A stretch of 64,000 bases of DNA from contig CAZOOX010000001.1 in assembly GCA_964581545.1 (NCBI GenBank), positions 440 through 64,439 of the forward strand, written 5' to 3'. Position numbers and translations under genes: made by a program. Under the pieces are notes generated by a model, which saw nothing but the letters and a program-made list of their open reading frames with translations, searched no databases and was not told where the DNA came from. The DNA is from an uncultured Anaerolineaceae bacterium (GTDB lineage Bacteria; Chloroflexota; Anaerolineae; Anaerolineales; Villigracilaceae). Below, piece by piece: positions 20,829 to 29,576 of the stretch (position 1 is the first letter of the stretch; each line of letters starts with the position of its first letter).

Positions 20829-21071
20829 CTCATGTTACGCAGTAGCACTTTAAATTGAGACGTTCCGCCCCCCTGCTCATCGCTTCGCTCGGGCGTCCCC
20901 CCATTTTGCAAGCAAAATAGGGGGACAAGATACAACAGAGTGTTTTTTTAGAGAGAATTACGTCTTCTCCCCTAAATTCCACGCTTTTGGAATTTGGGGG
21001 AGATGCCCGATAGGGCAGAGGGGGCAAATAGCACGTATAAATATCATATCTGCGTAACATGAGTAACATCA
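20829..21071. mobile_element. non-autonomous MITE: 14-bp terminal inverted repeats and 9-bp target-site duplication
   Basis: TIRs CTCATGTTACGCAG (20829-20842) / CTGCGTAACATGAG (21050-21063). Direct repeat GTTAAATAA at 20820-20828 and 21072-21080. Internal G/C hairpins and no coding capacity. Confidence 0.75.
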
Positions 21072-21077
21072 GTTAAA

Positions 21078-21116
21078 TAAAAAAAGCCGAGTGTTTTAGC
21101 CAACACTCGGCTTTTG
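21078..21116. terminator. bidirectional intrinsic terminator
   Basis: A-run, AGCCGAGTGTT-loop-AACACTCGGCT, T-run. Confidence 0.75.
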
Positions 21117-21124
21117 CTTTGGAT

Positions 21125-21676
21125 TTATTCCGTAAACAAAGGGATATGGTCTAAAGAGATGATGTGTTTCCACTCTTCTTGATTTCCTTCTGTTAAGATA
21201 GCCGTTTCTGCGACAACTTCTGCTTTTGCTTTTCCCATAAGTTGGTGCATCCCTTTTAGGGTTGAGCCAGTGCTGATAACATCATCAATGAGAATTACTT
21301 TTTTGTTTTTGATGAGATCGCTGTCTTTTTCGTCGAGAATTAATGTTTGCGGTGCTCCTGTCGTGATGGAGAGCGTTTTTGCGATAGTTGCATCACCCAT
21401 ATAAAGCTTATAGTTTTTTCTCAAGACAGCGTAGGGCTTTCCTGTTACGACAGAGAGTGCATAGGCAACAGGAATTGATTTCGCTTCGGGGGTGATGATC
21501 ACATCATATTCAAGCGTTTCAAGTTTCTTTGCAAGTGCTTTTGCACAAGCTTCGACAAGTTCGGTATCGCCAAGAATATTCAGAACAGCAATTTTTAGAC
21601 CAGGTTTGATCTCAAAGAGAGGCAGCTCTCTTTTTAGTCCTGCAATTTCAATGGGGTGAGTTGGATTAGAAGACAT
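21125..21676 (-). CDS. type I phosphoribosyltransferase (Apt/Xpt-like purine PRT)
   Basis: PRPP-binding motif VILIDDVISTGSTL. ATG at 21676 lies 5 nt after GGAGGA. Confidence 0.75.
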   Translation of the reverse strand: MSSNPTHPIEIAGLKRELPLFEIKPGLKIAVLNILGDTELVEACAKALAKKLETLEYDVIITPEAKSIPVAYALSVVTGKPYAVLRKNYKLYMGDATIAKTLSITTGAPQTLILDEKDSDLIKNKKVILIDDVISTGSTLKGMHQLMGKAKAEVVAETAILTEGNQEEWKHIISLDHIPLFTE

Positions 21677-21753
21677 AATTTCCTCCAAAAGGGTTTTAAA
21701 CGTGGGTAGTTTATCATATTTTGACTTTTCTACCGTACATCTATGAGTTCAAG

Positions 21754-22055
21754 GTGCAGATTTCCAGTCCGAATGGACTTCGTACAACTAGCACGGTCGG
21801 TTTACCGCCGTGCGGAGCGAATAAGCAACACAAATGTGTTTGAAAAGAGCGAATTTTATGTGAATTTCACCCGCACGGGGATGAATCCACCGTGCTACCC
21901 TTGCGAAGCCCGCTCAAGCGGACTAAGAAATAATGATAACAGCAAAAATATTTGTAACAGAAAACTTTTGTCTACGTTTTGCGGACGCTGCATGGATAGA
22001 ATAAGCATGATAGAAAAACTACTGGGTGCAGTGGGATAGGGGAGGGAAGCTGCAC
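21754..22055 (+). ncRNA. candidate structured RNA of unknown class (~300 nt)
   Basis: Ends can pair (GTGCAGATTTCC / GGAAGCTGCAC). Two hairpins use the same GCACGG/CCGTGC stem (21791-21813, 21873-21895), with further hairpins AGTCC-GAAT-GGACT and AACACA-AA-TGTGTT. A terminator follows. The overlapping 98-aa ORF is Cys/Arg-rich and lacks an RBS. Confidence 0.35.
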
Positions 22056-22071
22056 AAAAGAAAGTTCAAGG

Positions 22072-22109
22072 ATCGGCAGTAATCAGGGAGAGAGCTACTG
22101 CCGATTTTT
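22072..22109 (+). terminator. intrinsic terminator following the candidate RNA
   Basis: ATCGGCAGTA-14 nt loop-TACTGCCGAT followed by TTTT. Confidence 0.6.
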
Positions 22110-22227
22110 GAATCCTGGAGCAAAGCCCTAAAATCTACCAAAACCTACATTGACCCTTAAAAAACTCCTTGATAAACTCATCAAACATAACTTTATGTAG
22201 AATTTTAGATAAAAAAGGGCTTGTTTA

Positions 22228-22863
22228 ATGATAAAAAACCTTGCGGAAGAGTGGCTAACCCTGAGCGATGTTTCGACAATACTCGGTATGCACCCTAGCA
22301 CGGTACGTACATGGGCAGATCAGGGAATTCTGCCGGTTTACCGCACTCAGGGCGGGCATCGTCGTTTTCTTAAAAAGGAAATTGATCTGTGGGTGCAGAC
22401 CTCCCGCCAAAAAAAGGAAGTAAAGCCTGAAAACGCCTTGCGAGATGTTCTTAGACAGATCCGTTTCAAAATAGGGGAAAACCAACTCGAATCAGAAAAA
22501 TGGTATCAAAAACTAGATGACGAGGCTCGTCTAAAATATCGAATGAGCGGCAAGAACCTTATGCAGAGCCTTGCCAGCTATCTTGGCACAGAAGGTGAAG
22601 ACGCGATTGCAGAATCTCGTTCTTTGGGCTATGAATATGCCTCGCGAGGGCGCAGATATGGGTTGAGCCTTATTGACGCAACTTGCGCTTTTCTTTTCTT
22701 TAGAAATGCGCTTCTCGAAGCAATGATCGCTATTTATCTTGATGCACGTATTTCCGATACAGAATCCTGGGGAGATATGCTTTCACGCATCCATGCTTTT
22801 ACTGACCAAACCATGCTCTCATTGATGGAAACCTATGAAGCATTTCAAAATAATAATTGCTAG
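22228..22863 (+). CDS. MerR/excisionase-type HTH DNA-binding protein with helical C-terminal domain
   Basis: N-terminus LTLSDVSTILGMHPSTVRTWADQGILPVYRTQGGHRRFLKKEIDLW. Confidence 0.7.
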   Translation: MIKNLAEEWLTLSDVSTILGMHPSTVRTWADQGILPVYRTQGGHRRFLKKEIDLWVQTSRQKKEVKPENALRDVLRQIRFKIGENQLESEKWYQKLDDEARLKYRMSGKNLMQSLASYLGTEGEDAIAESRSLGYEYASRGRRYGLSLIDATCAFLFFRNALLEAMIAIYLDARISDTESWGDMLSRIHAFTDQTMLSLMETYEAFQNNNC

Positions 22864-22868
22864 ATCTA

Positions 22869-23012
22869 ATGAAAATTGAGAAGAAAACTCCTTCCCGTGA
22901 GTATCCACCTTTTTATGAAAAAATAATTCCTGTTATATTGATTATTTTGATTCTTGTTATAACAGGAGTTCTAATTACCGCATTTGGAGTCGCGTTAGGA
23001 CTTGTTGGCTAA
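22869..23012 (+). CDS. small (47 aa) single-TM protein, below the ORF-track cutoff
   Basis: ATG lies 6 nt after the upstream stop. Translation MKIEKKTPSREYPPFYEKIIPVILIILILVITGVLITAFGVALGLVG. Confidence 0.4.
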   Translation: MKIEKKTPSREYPPFYEKIIPVILIILILVITGVLITAFGVALGLVG

Positions 23013-23073
23013 GATCATCTTCTGAAACAGGGAATTTCAGGAGATGATTTCTTTTTACCCTTTGGAGAATTTA

Positions 23074-23790
23074 ATGTTACTTAACACCGCTATTCCTTTA
23101 TTGTCAAGTTTGATCAGTTTTATTTTCGCATTCTTTGTCATAAAACGTTATTTTGAGCGCAAAGGCGCTCATCTCTTACTCTGGGGCTTAGGCACGATAT
23201 TCTATGGTATTGGGGGATTCTGTGAATTTTATTATGGTGCTTTTGGTTGGAATGAAATCGTTTTTAGGATGTGGTATCTCTTTGGCGCGATCCTTGTCGC
23301 CGCCTGGTTGGGGCAGGGTACCGTTTATTTACTTGCCAACCGAAAATGGGCAAATACCCTTATGATTATTTTGAGCGTAGCCTCGATCTATGCTCTTTTT
23401 CGGATACTCACTGCCCAACTTGACCCCAGCTTGATGATCGGTGAAGGACATACCGGTGCAGAGTTAAGTGGTCATGCTATTCTTACTGACGGTGTGCGCG
23501 TACTAACACCTTTCTTCAATATTTACGGCACGGCTACGCTCGTTGGTGGCGCTGGCTATTCAGCATGGATATTCTGGCGGAAACGTGTTTTACTCCATCG
23601 CAGCATTGGGAATATCCTCATCGCCACAGGTGCATTACTCCCTGCCTTTGGCGGAATTTTTAGTCGTTTACAATTCCCAGGTGCGCTCTATTTAGGTGAG
23701 TTTTTTGGCGTGATTTTTCTTTTCATTGGCTTCCAGCGTGCCATTACGCCAATGGCAGAGAAAGTAGTCGAAGGCGAAGCAATGGCATAA
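23074..23790 (+). CDS. integral membrane protein, unknown function
   Basis: About 7 hydrophobic segments. GGAGA lies 7 nt before the ATG at 23074 (the track start at 23044 abuts its RBS). Confidence 0.6.
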   Translation: MLLNTAIPLLSSLISFIFAFFVIKRYFERKGAHLLLWGLGTIFYGIGGFCEFYYGAFGWNEIVFRMWYLFGAILVAAWLGQGTVYLLANRKWANTLMIILSVASIYALFRILTAQLDPSLMIGEGHTGAELSGHAILTDGVRVLTPFFNIYGTATLVGGAGYSAWIFWRKRVLLHRSIGNILIATGALLPAFGGIFSRLQFPGALYLGEFFGVIFLFIGFQRAITPMAEKVVEGEAMA

Positions 23791-23877
23791 AAAAATATGA
23801 TCTTGATCCCCGTTCACACAGAACGGGGATTTTTGGATTAACGGGTATAATCAACCTATCCCAAAATTGGAGTAAAA

Positions 23878-24369
23878 ATGTCTTTGCTTAATCTGCCTTT
23901 CCTGCTTGAAACCCGCCGTAATCATGCTCTTGAGCACGCTACGTTAAAAATCCTTTCGCCAAAATATCCTGCCGTGCCAATGGGTGGACACTCGAACCCG
24001 ACCGGCTATTTCATTATCGGAGATGTGGATGTGGATGATCTCCGCGCTGCGGCGGATGAGGCTCTCGAACGTTTACGCGCCGGAGAAAGCGATCTCGCCA
24101 TTCATCCCGGTTGCGGGACAAACTACGCGACATCGGGCTTGCTTGCTGGTTCTCTAGCTTGGTTCGGGCTAAAGGGCAATGGTGCATGGCATAAAAAACT
24201 GTGGAGGATCCCCTTCATTTTGCCTTTGGTGCTACTTGTTTGGGGGTTGAGCAAACCGCTGGGTCCCAAGTTGCAAGCCAAGGTCACGACCGAGCCGAAG
24301 GTCGGAGCGATGGAAATTGTCTCGGTGGAGAAAGTCCGCCCAGCGCTGCATCGCATTATTACTCGATAG
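23878..24369 (+). CDS. conserved hypothetical protein (RRNHALEHAT motif, C-terminal TM segments)
   Basis: 163-aa ORF with GGAG upstream and coding-like composition. Confidence 0.6.
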   Translation: MSLLNLPFLLETRRNHALEHATLKILSPKYPAVPMGGHSNPTGYFIIGDVDVDDLRAAADEALERLRAGESDLAIHPGCGTNYATSGLLAGSLAWFGLKGNGAWHKKLWRIPFILPLVLLVWGLSKPLGPKLQAKVTTEPKVGAMEIVSVEKVRPALHRIITR

Positions 24370-24373
24370 TCCC

Positions 24374-25348
24374 ATGACCAAGAAGACCCTACGCATCCTT
24401 TTTATCTACGGAAATGATGAATTTGCCCTCGCACGCCGACTAAAAAAAGTTCAGCAGCGTGTAGATAAAGATGGGATGAATACCACCCAGCTCGAAGCGC
24501 GCACAATGAGAAAAGAAGAGCTAAATACGGCGGTCAATGCCATGCCATTTTTAGCCGAACGCAGATTGGTTTTTCTGGAGAAACCATCGGGGGAATATAG
24601 GGGAAAAAATCAGCGAAATGACTTTGTCTCTTTCTTGGAGAGTATCCCTGAGACAACAGTTTTGGTACTCTTTGAAGAAATGGATGAGAAAAAAGCCGCT
24701 AAAAATTGGCTGGTAAAATGGGCGCAAGAGGCAAAAGAGATCGCGCGTGCTGAAGCTTTTATGCTCCCCAAAGCCTGGCAAACCGCCGATTGGGTTGCGC
24801 GCATTCAAAAAGAAGCGAAGTCGCAGGGCGGAGAGATCGAAAACCAGGCAGCCGCACGTTTGGCAGAAATGACGGGGACGAATACACGTCAGGCAGCACA
24901 AGAGATCACAAAGCTGCTCACCTATGCTAATTTTTCTCGCCTGATCACACTCGCGGATGTGGAATTATTAAGCGTAAATACCGCGCAAGGAGATATTTTT
25001 GAACTGGTTGACGCGCTGGGTAATGGTCGGGGAAAAGATGCCCAAGCAATGCTGCACCAATTGCTTGATGAACAAGATGCTTTCTCTATTTTCGGGATGG
25101 TCGTTCGCCAGTTCAGGCTTTTGTTATTAGCACGCGAAGTGATCGATAATCGAGGCAATGTACAAGCGGAGTTAAAGCAACATCCCTTTGTGGCTAAAAA
25201 ACTGACTGCACAAGCGCGCCACTTTTCAATATCCACGCTTGAAGCAATCTACAAACAATTGCTGGTAATAGACGAAGAAGCAAAAACGGGCAAAACGGCT
25301 CTTGATCTCTCTTTGGATATGTTAGTCGTGGAGTTGGCTGGGGGATAA
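24374..25348 (+). CDS. holA: DNA polymerase III delta subunit
   Basis: 324 aa. Starts LRILFIYGNDEFAL.., with a HolA-like helical C-terminal half (..IFELVDALG.G....A...L..LL). Confidence 0.75.
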   Translation: MTKKTLRILFIYGNDEFALARRLKKVQQRVDKDGMNTTQLEARTMRKEELNTAVNAMPFLAERRLVFLEKPSGEYRGKNQRNDFVSFLESIPETTVLVLFEEMDEKKAAKNWLVKWAQEAKEIARAEAFMLPKAWQTADWVARIQKEAKSQGGEIENQAAARLAEMTGTNTRQAAQEITKLLTYANFSRLITLADVELLSVNTAQGDIFELVDALGNGRGKDAQAMLHQLLDEQDAFSIFGMVVRQFRLLLLAREVIDNRGNVQAELKQHPFVAKKLTAQARHFSISTLEAIYKQLLVIDEEAKTGKTALDLSLDMLVVELAGG

Positions 25349-25371
25349 TTTTAGAAGAATGAAAATCGAAA

Positions 25372-25406
25372 TCCCCATCCTTATTAGAAAGATGGGGACT
25401 TTTTTT
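25372..25406 (+). terminator. intrinsic terminator after holA
   Basis: TCCCCATC-loop-GATGGGGA, then C and TTTTTTT. Confidence 0.75.
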
Positions 25407-25413
25407 ATGATCG

Positions 25414-26049
25414 CTAAGGATTCTTCTCTTGCCAATCGTAATTTTCTCTTAGCACTTTTGCTGGAACGCCCCCAAGCATTGCTATATCTACGTCAAATTT
25501 ACTCGTCACGACACTGCCCATTGCCACCAGAACATCATTTCCGATCACAGAGCCGGGGGCAAAACGCACTGCACTGCCAAGATAGCAGTTCTTGCCGATA
25601 GAAATATCGCGGTCAATAATGCCTGCGCCGTGAGTCCAAAACTGAGAGGAAAACCCCGCGACCCATGAGCCAGCACCCAGCGTAAATGCACCCGCCACAT
25701 CGATATAATGCTGGGAGGTAATTAGCGTTTTTTCTGCAATGAGCAAATTTCGGGCGTAGTTCGCATCGGCGTATTCGGGGCGTATTGTCCAGTATCCACA
25801 GGAAAAAGTATTTCTATAGCCAATCGAGGCCCCTTCGCCGATCTTCATGCTCATTGGCCCTGTAAAAAGATTTCCCCAGCCAATTTTGCAAGCGGCAATC
25901 TCCGCTTTGTCTACCGCGATAATCGTTCCAAAGCCTATTTTCGCCCCTTTAATTTTGTAGCCTAAAATAAATTTGTAGGCAAAAACGCGCAAAAAATTAA
26001 GGGGCAAAATGCTGATAACAACAGCGAGGGCAAGCTTTAGTTTTCTCAT
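25414..26049 (-). CDS. hexapeptide-repeat (left-handed beta-helix) acyl/acetyltransferase with N-terminal TM anchor
   Basis: Repeats IGKNCYLGSAVRFAPGSVIGNDVLVAMGSVV. Confidence 0.75.
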   Translation of the reverse strand: MRKLKLALAVVISILPLNFLRVFAYKFILGYKIKGAKIGFGTIIAVDKAEIAACKIGWGNLFTGPMSMKIGEGASIGYRNTFSCGYWTIRPEYADANYARNLLIAEKTLITSQHYIDVAGAFTLGAGSWVAGFSSQFWTHGAGIIDRDISIGKNCYLGSAVRFAPGSVIGNDVLVAMGSVVTSKFDVDIAMLGGVPAKVLRENYDWQEKNP

Positions 26050-26366
26050 TTGAGATCATCTCGCAGTGGATAAAAAATGTCCAAAATTTCACAGTCTGTT
26101 AATGCCCGCCCACTGTGTTTCACATTTGCGGGGATCAGCGCAACAGTCCCTTTTTCAAGTTGACGTTTTTCGCCATCTAATGTCATTTCAAATTTTCCCG
26201 TTATGACAACCGAGATCTGTTCTTGCGGGTGCGCATGTTCGGGCAATTCTGCGTTCTTTTCAATGCGCCAAAAAGATGTGGTCATATTTTCTGTGTGAGC
26301 GAATTTCCCGTGAAAGCCAGGCACCATTTCATTTTCTTTTAGTGTAGAAAGATCAACAAAAGCCAT
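26046..26366 (-). CDS. cupin domain protein
   Basis: 106 aa with cupin motifs LPEHAHPQEQISVVITG and ALIPANVKHSG. 4-nt overlap with the downstream gene. Confidence 0.8.
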   Translation of the reverse strand: MAFVDLSTLKENEMVPGFHGKFAHTENMTTSFWRIEKNAELPEHAHPQEQISVVITGKFEMTLDGEKRQLEKGTVALIPANVKHSGRALTDCEILDIFYPLRDDLK

Positions 26367-26563
26367 CTTTTTCTCCTTATATTTTGCTTTAGAATCCCCC
26401 CCATTCTAAACCATAAGGGGGACTCTCATTAAAATTTGTTTTATCATTTTGCTTCGCATTCCGATTTCCTCTATATAAAATGGTGTTTTTATAGGCTTTT
26501 CCCTTGCCCTCTGTGTACTCTGTGGTAAAACTGGAAGAGCAAATAATAAACTTGGAGGCTACA

Positions 26564-27481
26564 ATGAATTTACCAGAATATGCTTATTTCAAAAACAAAA
26601 TTGTCCCCTACTCAGAAGCAAAAGTGGGCGTGCTGACCCATGCTTTAAATTATGGAACGGGGGTTTTTGGCGGGGTGCGAGCCTATAAAAATGATGACGA
26701 CGGAAAGCTCTATCTTTTCCGCCCTTACGATCATTACAAACGTTTTTTGAACTCTTGCAAGATGATGCTGATGGATTTTGATGAAACGCCCAAGAGCATG
26801 ACGCAGCATACGATTGATTTGATCCGGAAAAGCGGTTTCACGGAAGATGTTTATATCCGTCCTTTGGCTTATAAATCTTCTGAGATGATCGGGGTGAAAT
26901 TGCACGATGTAGAGTCTGAGTTTACGATCGTGGCTTTACCTTTCGGAAAATATGTCTCGAATGATACGAACGCCCATGTGACCATTTCTTCATGGCGACG
27001 ATTGGATGATAATGTGATCCCCGCGCGCGGGAAGATCAGCGGCGCGTATGCGAATTCTGCTTTTATCAAGACTGATGCGATTCGCTCTGGTTTTGACGAG
27101 GCGCTCGTTTTGACGCAAGCCGGGCATCTCTCGGAGGGCAGCGCTGAAAATATCTTTATGGTGCGCGATGGTGTTTTATATACACCCGCTGTTTATGAAA
27201 ATATTCTTGAAGGGATCACGCGCCGCTCTGTAATGGAGCTTGCCGCTAAAGAATTAGGTATGGAAGTGGTCGAACGTCCGATTGATCGTACAGAAATTTA
27301 TATTTGCGATGAATTTTTTATGACAGGAACAGCCGCACAAGTAACTGCAATTACGCAGGTAGATCATCGCCCTGTTGGCGATGGTGTGATGGGACCCGTT
27401 TCATCGAAGCTGCGTGAGTTATTCTTTGATATTGTGCGCGGGAAGAATCCCAAATATAAAGATTGGAATGTGGAAATTTAG
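26564..27481 (+). CDS. ilvE: branched-chain amino acid aminotransferase (fold type IV)
   Basis: VGVLTHALNYGTGVFGGVRAY.., GAYANSAFIKTDA, SAENIFMV..G.LYTP, EGITRRSV. GGAGG lies before the ATG at 26564. Confidence 0.9.
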   Translation: MNLPEYAYFKNKIVPYSEAKVGVLTHALNYGTGVFGGVRAYKNDDDGKLYLFRPYDHYKRFLNSCKMMLMDFDETPKSMTQHTIDLIRKSGFTEDVYIRPLAYKSSEMIGVKLHDVESEFTIVALPFGKYVSNDTNAHVTISSWRRLDDNVIPARGKISGAYANSAFIKTDAIRSGFDEALVLTQAGHLSEGSAENIFMVRDGVLYTPAVYENILEGITRRSVMELAAKELGMEVVERPIDRTEIYICDEFFMTGTAAQVTAITQVDHRPVGDGVMGPVSSKLRELFFDIVRGKNPKYKDWNVEI

Positions 27482-27507
27482 TTTGTGTTTTTTCCTGTAA
27501 GAAGAGA

Positions 27508-27540
27508 AAATCTCTGCGACTTTGGCGCAGGGATTTTTTT
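27508..27540 (+). terminator. intrinsic terminator after ilvE
   Basis: AATCTCTGCG-loop-CGCAGGGATT followed by TTTTTT. Confidence 0.7.
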
Positions 27541-27567
27541 GTTTGACAAGAAAATGAGTCGGAGACA

Positions 27568-28452
27568 CTAATTTCTATTCACCAAATAAACGCCTAAAAG
27601 GATAATTGCTCCGCCAAGCAAAGAAACCCAGGTGATTGGTTCTGCCAAGATCGCGGCGGCGACAACGACGGCAACGAGTGGCTCAAGGTATAAAAATGCG
27701 CCGACCTGTGATGCGGGGAGTGCTTGAAGGGCGTCGTACCAGGCAATATAAGCCAGTCCTGAGCAGAAGACGCCTAAAAAGACGATCCCTATCCAGCCGT
27801 TGAAGCTGAGATCGGGAATATCGCTCCAGTTACCTCCAGCAAAAAAGGCGATGGAGGAAAAGAGCCAGCCAAATACCATCACGTAGAACATCATCCGTGC
27901 GGCGGGATGTGTTTTTAGTCCACGCCGTGATAGGGCGGAGAAAATTGCCCAATTTAGGGCGCTGATCATGATCAGATAGTCGCCGGGGGTACCAAATTGA
28001 GAGGAGAAAATGCTTTTTATATCCCCGTTGCTGACAACGAGCAGCACGCCCAAAGCCGCGAGCGCGATTCCGGCACTTTGTCCCCAAGTCAATTTTTCTT
28101 TTAGGATCAGCCATCCCAGTAGCGCCATGAAAATGGGCGTTGTGGCGACGATCCAGGCTGTAGTGGAGGCTTGCGCGGTGACTAATCCTGTTGATTGAAG
28201 CCATTGATGCCAGGTTATCCCGAGAAATCCGAGCAGGGCAAAATATCCCCATTCATTTTTTGCAGGGAGGGCGAACTCTTTTCGTGCGGCGACGGCGATG
28301 CCGAGAATGATCACGCCCATCCCAAAACGCAGCCAAACGACGGTGATGGGGGATACTTCTTGCACGCCGATCTTTGTCGCGATGAAAGATGCGCCCCAAA
28401 CAATGACGGCGAAGAGAACTTCGAGATAGAGGATGGCTTTTTCTTTCTTCAT
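27568..28452 (-). CDS. EamA/DMT-family transporter
   Basis: 294 aa, ten hydrophobic segments, duplicated EamA layout. Confidence 0.85.
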   Translation of the reverse strand: MKKEKAILYLEVLFAVIVWGASFIATKIGVQEVSPITVVWLRFGMGVIILGIAVAARKEFALPAKNEWGYFALLGFLGITWHQWLQSTGLVTAQASTTAWIVATTPIFMALLGWLILKEKLTWGQSAGIALAALGVLLVVSNGDIKSIFSSQFGTPGDYLIMISALNWAIFSALSRRGLKTHPAARMMFYVMVFGWLFSSIAFFAGGNWSDIPDLSFNGWIGIVFLGVFCSGLAYIAWYDALQALPASQVGAFLYLEPLVAVVVAAAILAEPITWVSLLGGAIILLGVYLVNRN

Positions 28453-28552
28453 TTTCTTTCTTGCACCAAATGCGTAAGCGTTTTCTTAATAATTCGGAGA
28501 ATTATACTCCGCTTGCCTTCTTGCGGGTATAATAAAAGGCGGAGGATCAACT

Positions 28553-29191
28553 ATGGAAATTACCTGGTACGGACAATCTTGTTTTCGACTCACAGAGCGC
28601 GGTTCTGCCTCTGTAGTGACAGACCCCTTCGACCATAAGGTCGTTGGCTATAGTGCCCTAAAGCTTAAGTCAGATATTGTGACCGTGAGCCACGAAGCTC
28701 CTGGCCATAATTTTTTAGAAGCTGTAAAAGGATATAAACACTTACTTGATGGACCCGGTGAATATGAAATTGGCGGTGTTTTTGTAACTGCTGTGCGAAC
28801 GAACGGTAAAAAGAAAGACGATCAGCCTCGTAATACGCTTTATGTTTTTGATTATGATGGTCTCTCTGTCGCTCATCTCGGTGACCTGCGTGAGGTCCCG
28901 ACCCGTTCACAAGTAGATGCGCTCGGCGAAGTGAATATTGCTTTGGTTCCCGTTGGTGACGGTGGTGGGCTAAGTGCAGCAAAGGCAGCAGAAGCGATCG
29001 GTGTTCTAGACCCAAATATCGTTGTGCCCATGCACTATGCTACGCCAGAATCTAAATTGCCTTTTGATCCCCTGGATAAATTCCTCAAGGAAATGGGCTT
29101 GGGAACAATTGAATCGGAAGCATCTCTAAAAATTACAAAAGGAAGTTTGCCAGCAGATACACGAGTAGTTGTCCTTGAGTACCATAAATAA
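28553..29191 (+). CDS. metallo-beta-lactamase-fold hydrolase (UPF0173-like)
   Basis: MEITWYGQSCFRL..VVTDPF start and 212-aa length are typical of this family. Confidence 0.75.
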   Translation: MEITWYGQSCFRLTERGSASVVTDPFDHKVVGYSALKLKSDIVTVSHEAPGHNFLEAVKGYKHLLDGPGEYEIGGVFVTAVRTNGKKKDDQPRNTLYVFDYDGLSVAHLGDLREVPTRSQVDALGEVNIALVPVGDGGGLSAAKAAEAIGVLDPNIVVPMHYATPESKLPFDPLDKFLKEMGLGTIESEASLKITKGSLPADTRVVVLEYHK

Positions 29192-29205
29192 ATAGGAGCA
29201 ATGCT

Positions 29206-29508
29206 GTGCCCGTCAAAATTTTGATGACTTGGGATATTTCACAAGAGAACGAGCAGAAATACTTTGAGTTCGTCATTGGAGAATTTGTCCCTGGTGTGCA
29301 AAGGCTTGGGTTTCATCCCCTTGATGCGTGGGCGACCCTTTATGGTGATTATCCCCAAATTCAGGTCGGAATGATGGCCCCGGATGCCGAAAGTGCCCAA
29401 GAAGCCCTAAACTCTACTGCATGGATAGAGCTAAGAGAAAAACTCTTTGAGTATATTGACGATTTCTCGTACAAAATTGTCCCTGCGCGGAGTGGATTCC
29501 AATTTTAA
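29206..29508 (+). CDS. hypothetical protein (100 aa)
   Basis: GTG start 8 nt after AGGAG, followed by a strong terminator. Confidence 0.55.
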   Translation: MPVKILMTWDISQENEQKYFEFVIGEFVPGVQRLGFHPLDAWATLYGDYPQIQVGMMAPDAESAQEALNSTAWIELREKLFEYIDDFSYKIVPARSGFQF

Positions 29509-29528
29509 TTTAATGCCTAATATGTAGA

Positions 29529-29571
29529 AGTGGGCACAAAGTTAAAAGATACTTTGTGCCCACTTTTTTTA
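29529..29571 (+). terminator. intrinsic terminator
   Basis: AGTGGGCACAAAG-loop-CTTTGTGCCCACT followed by TTTTTTT. The track ORF 29556.. begins inside it. Confidence 0.85.
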
Positions 29572-29576
29572 GAAAA

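Noticed and set aside
20732-21069. 67-aa and 79-aa minus-strand ORFs.
   Set aside because: They are encoded by the MITE and its hairpins (Pro/Gly-rich translation of G/C arms).
21677-21760. Purine riboswitch upstream of the phosphoribosyltransferase gene.
   Set aside because: The minus-strand leader is short. It lacks the conserved three-way-junction sequences (e.g. TATAAT..CGTGGATATGG..CTACCGGG..CCGTAAAT) of guanine/adenine riboswitches.
21743-22039. 98-aa plus-strand ORF.
   Set aside because: It is Cys/Arg/Asn-rich and non-protein-like, has no RBS, and coincides with extensive hairpin structure.
21754-22055. The candidate RNA as RNase P RNA, tmRNA, 6S RNA or SRP RNA.
   Set aside because: It has no GGAAAGTCCGG / ACAGAA-CCGGCTTA P4 strands. 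It has no tRNA-like acceptor/T-arm (GGTTCGA..CCA) ends. It is too long for 6S, and it lacks the SRP GGAA/AGCA domain IV motif.
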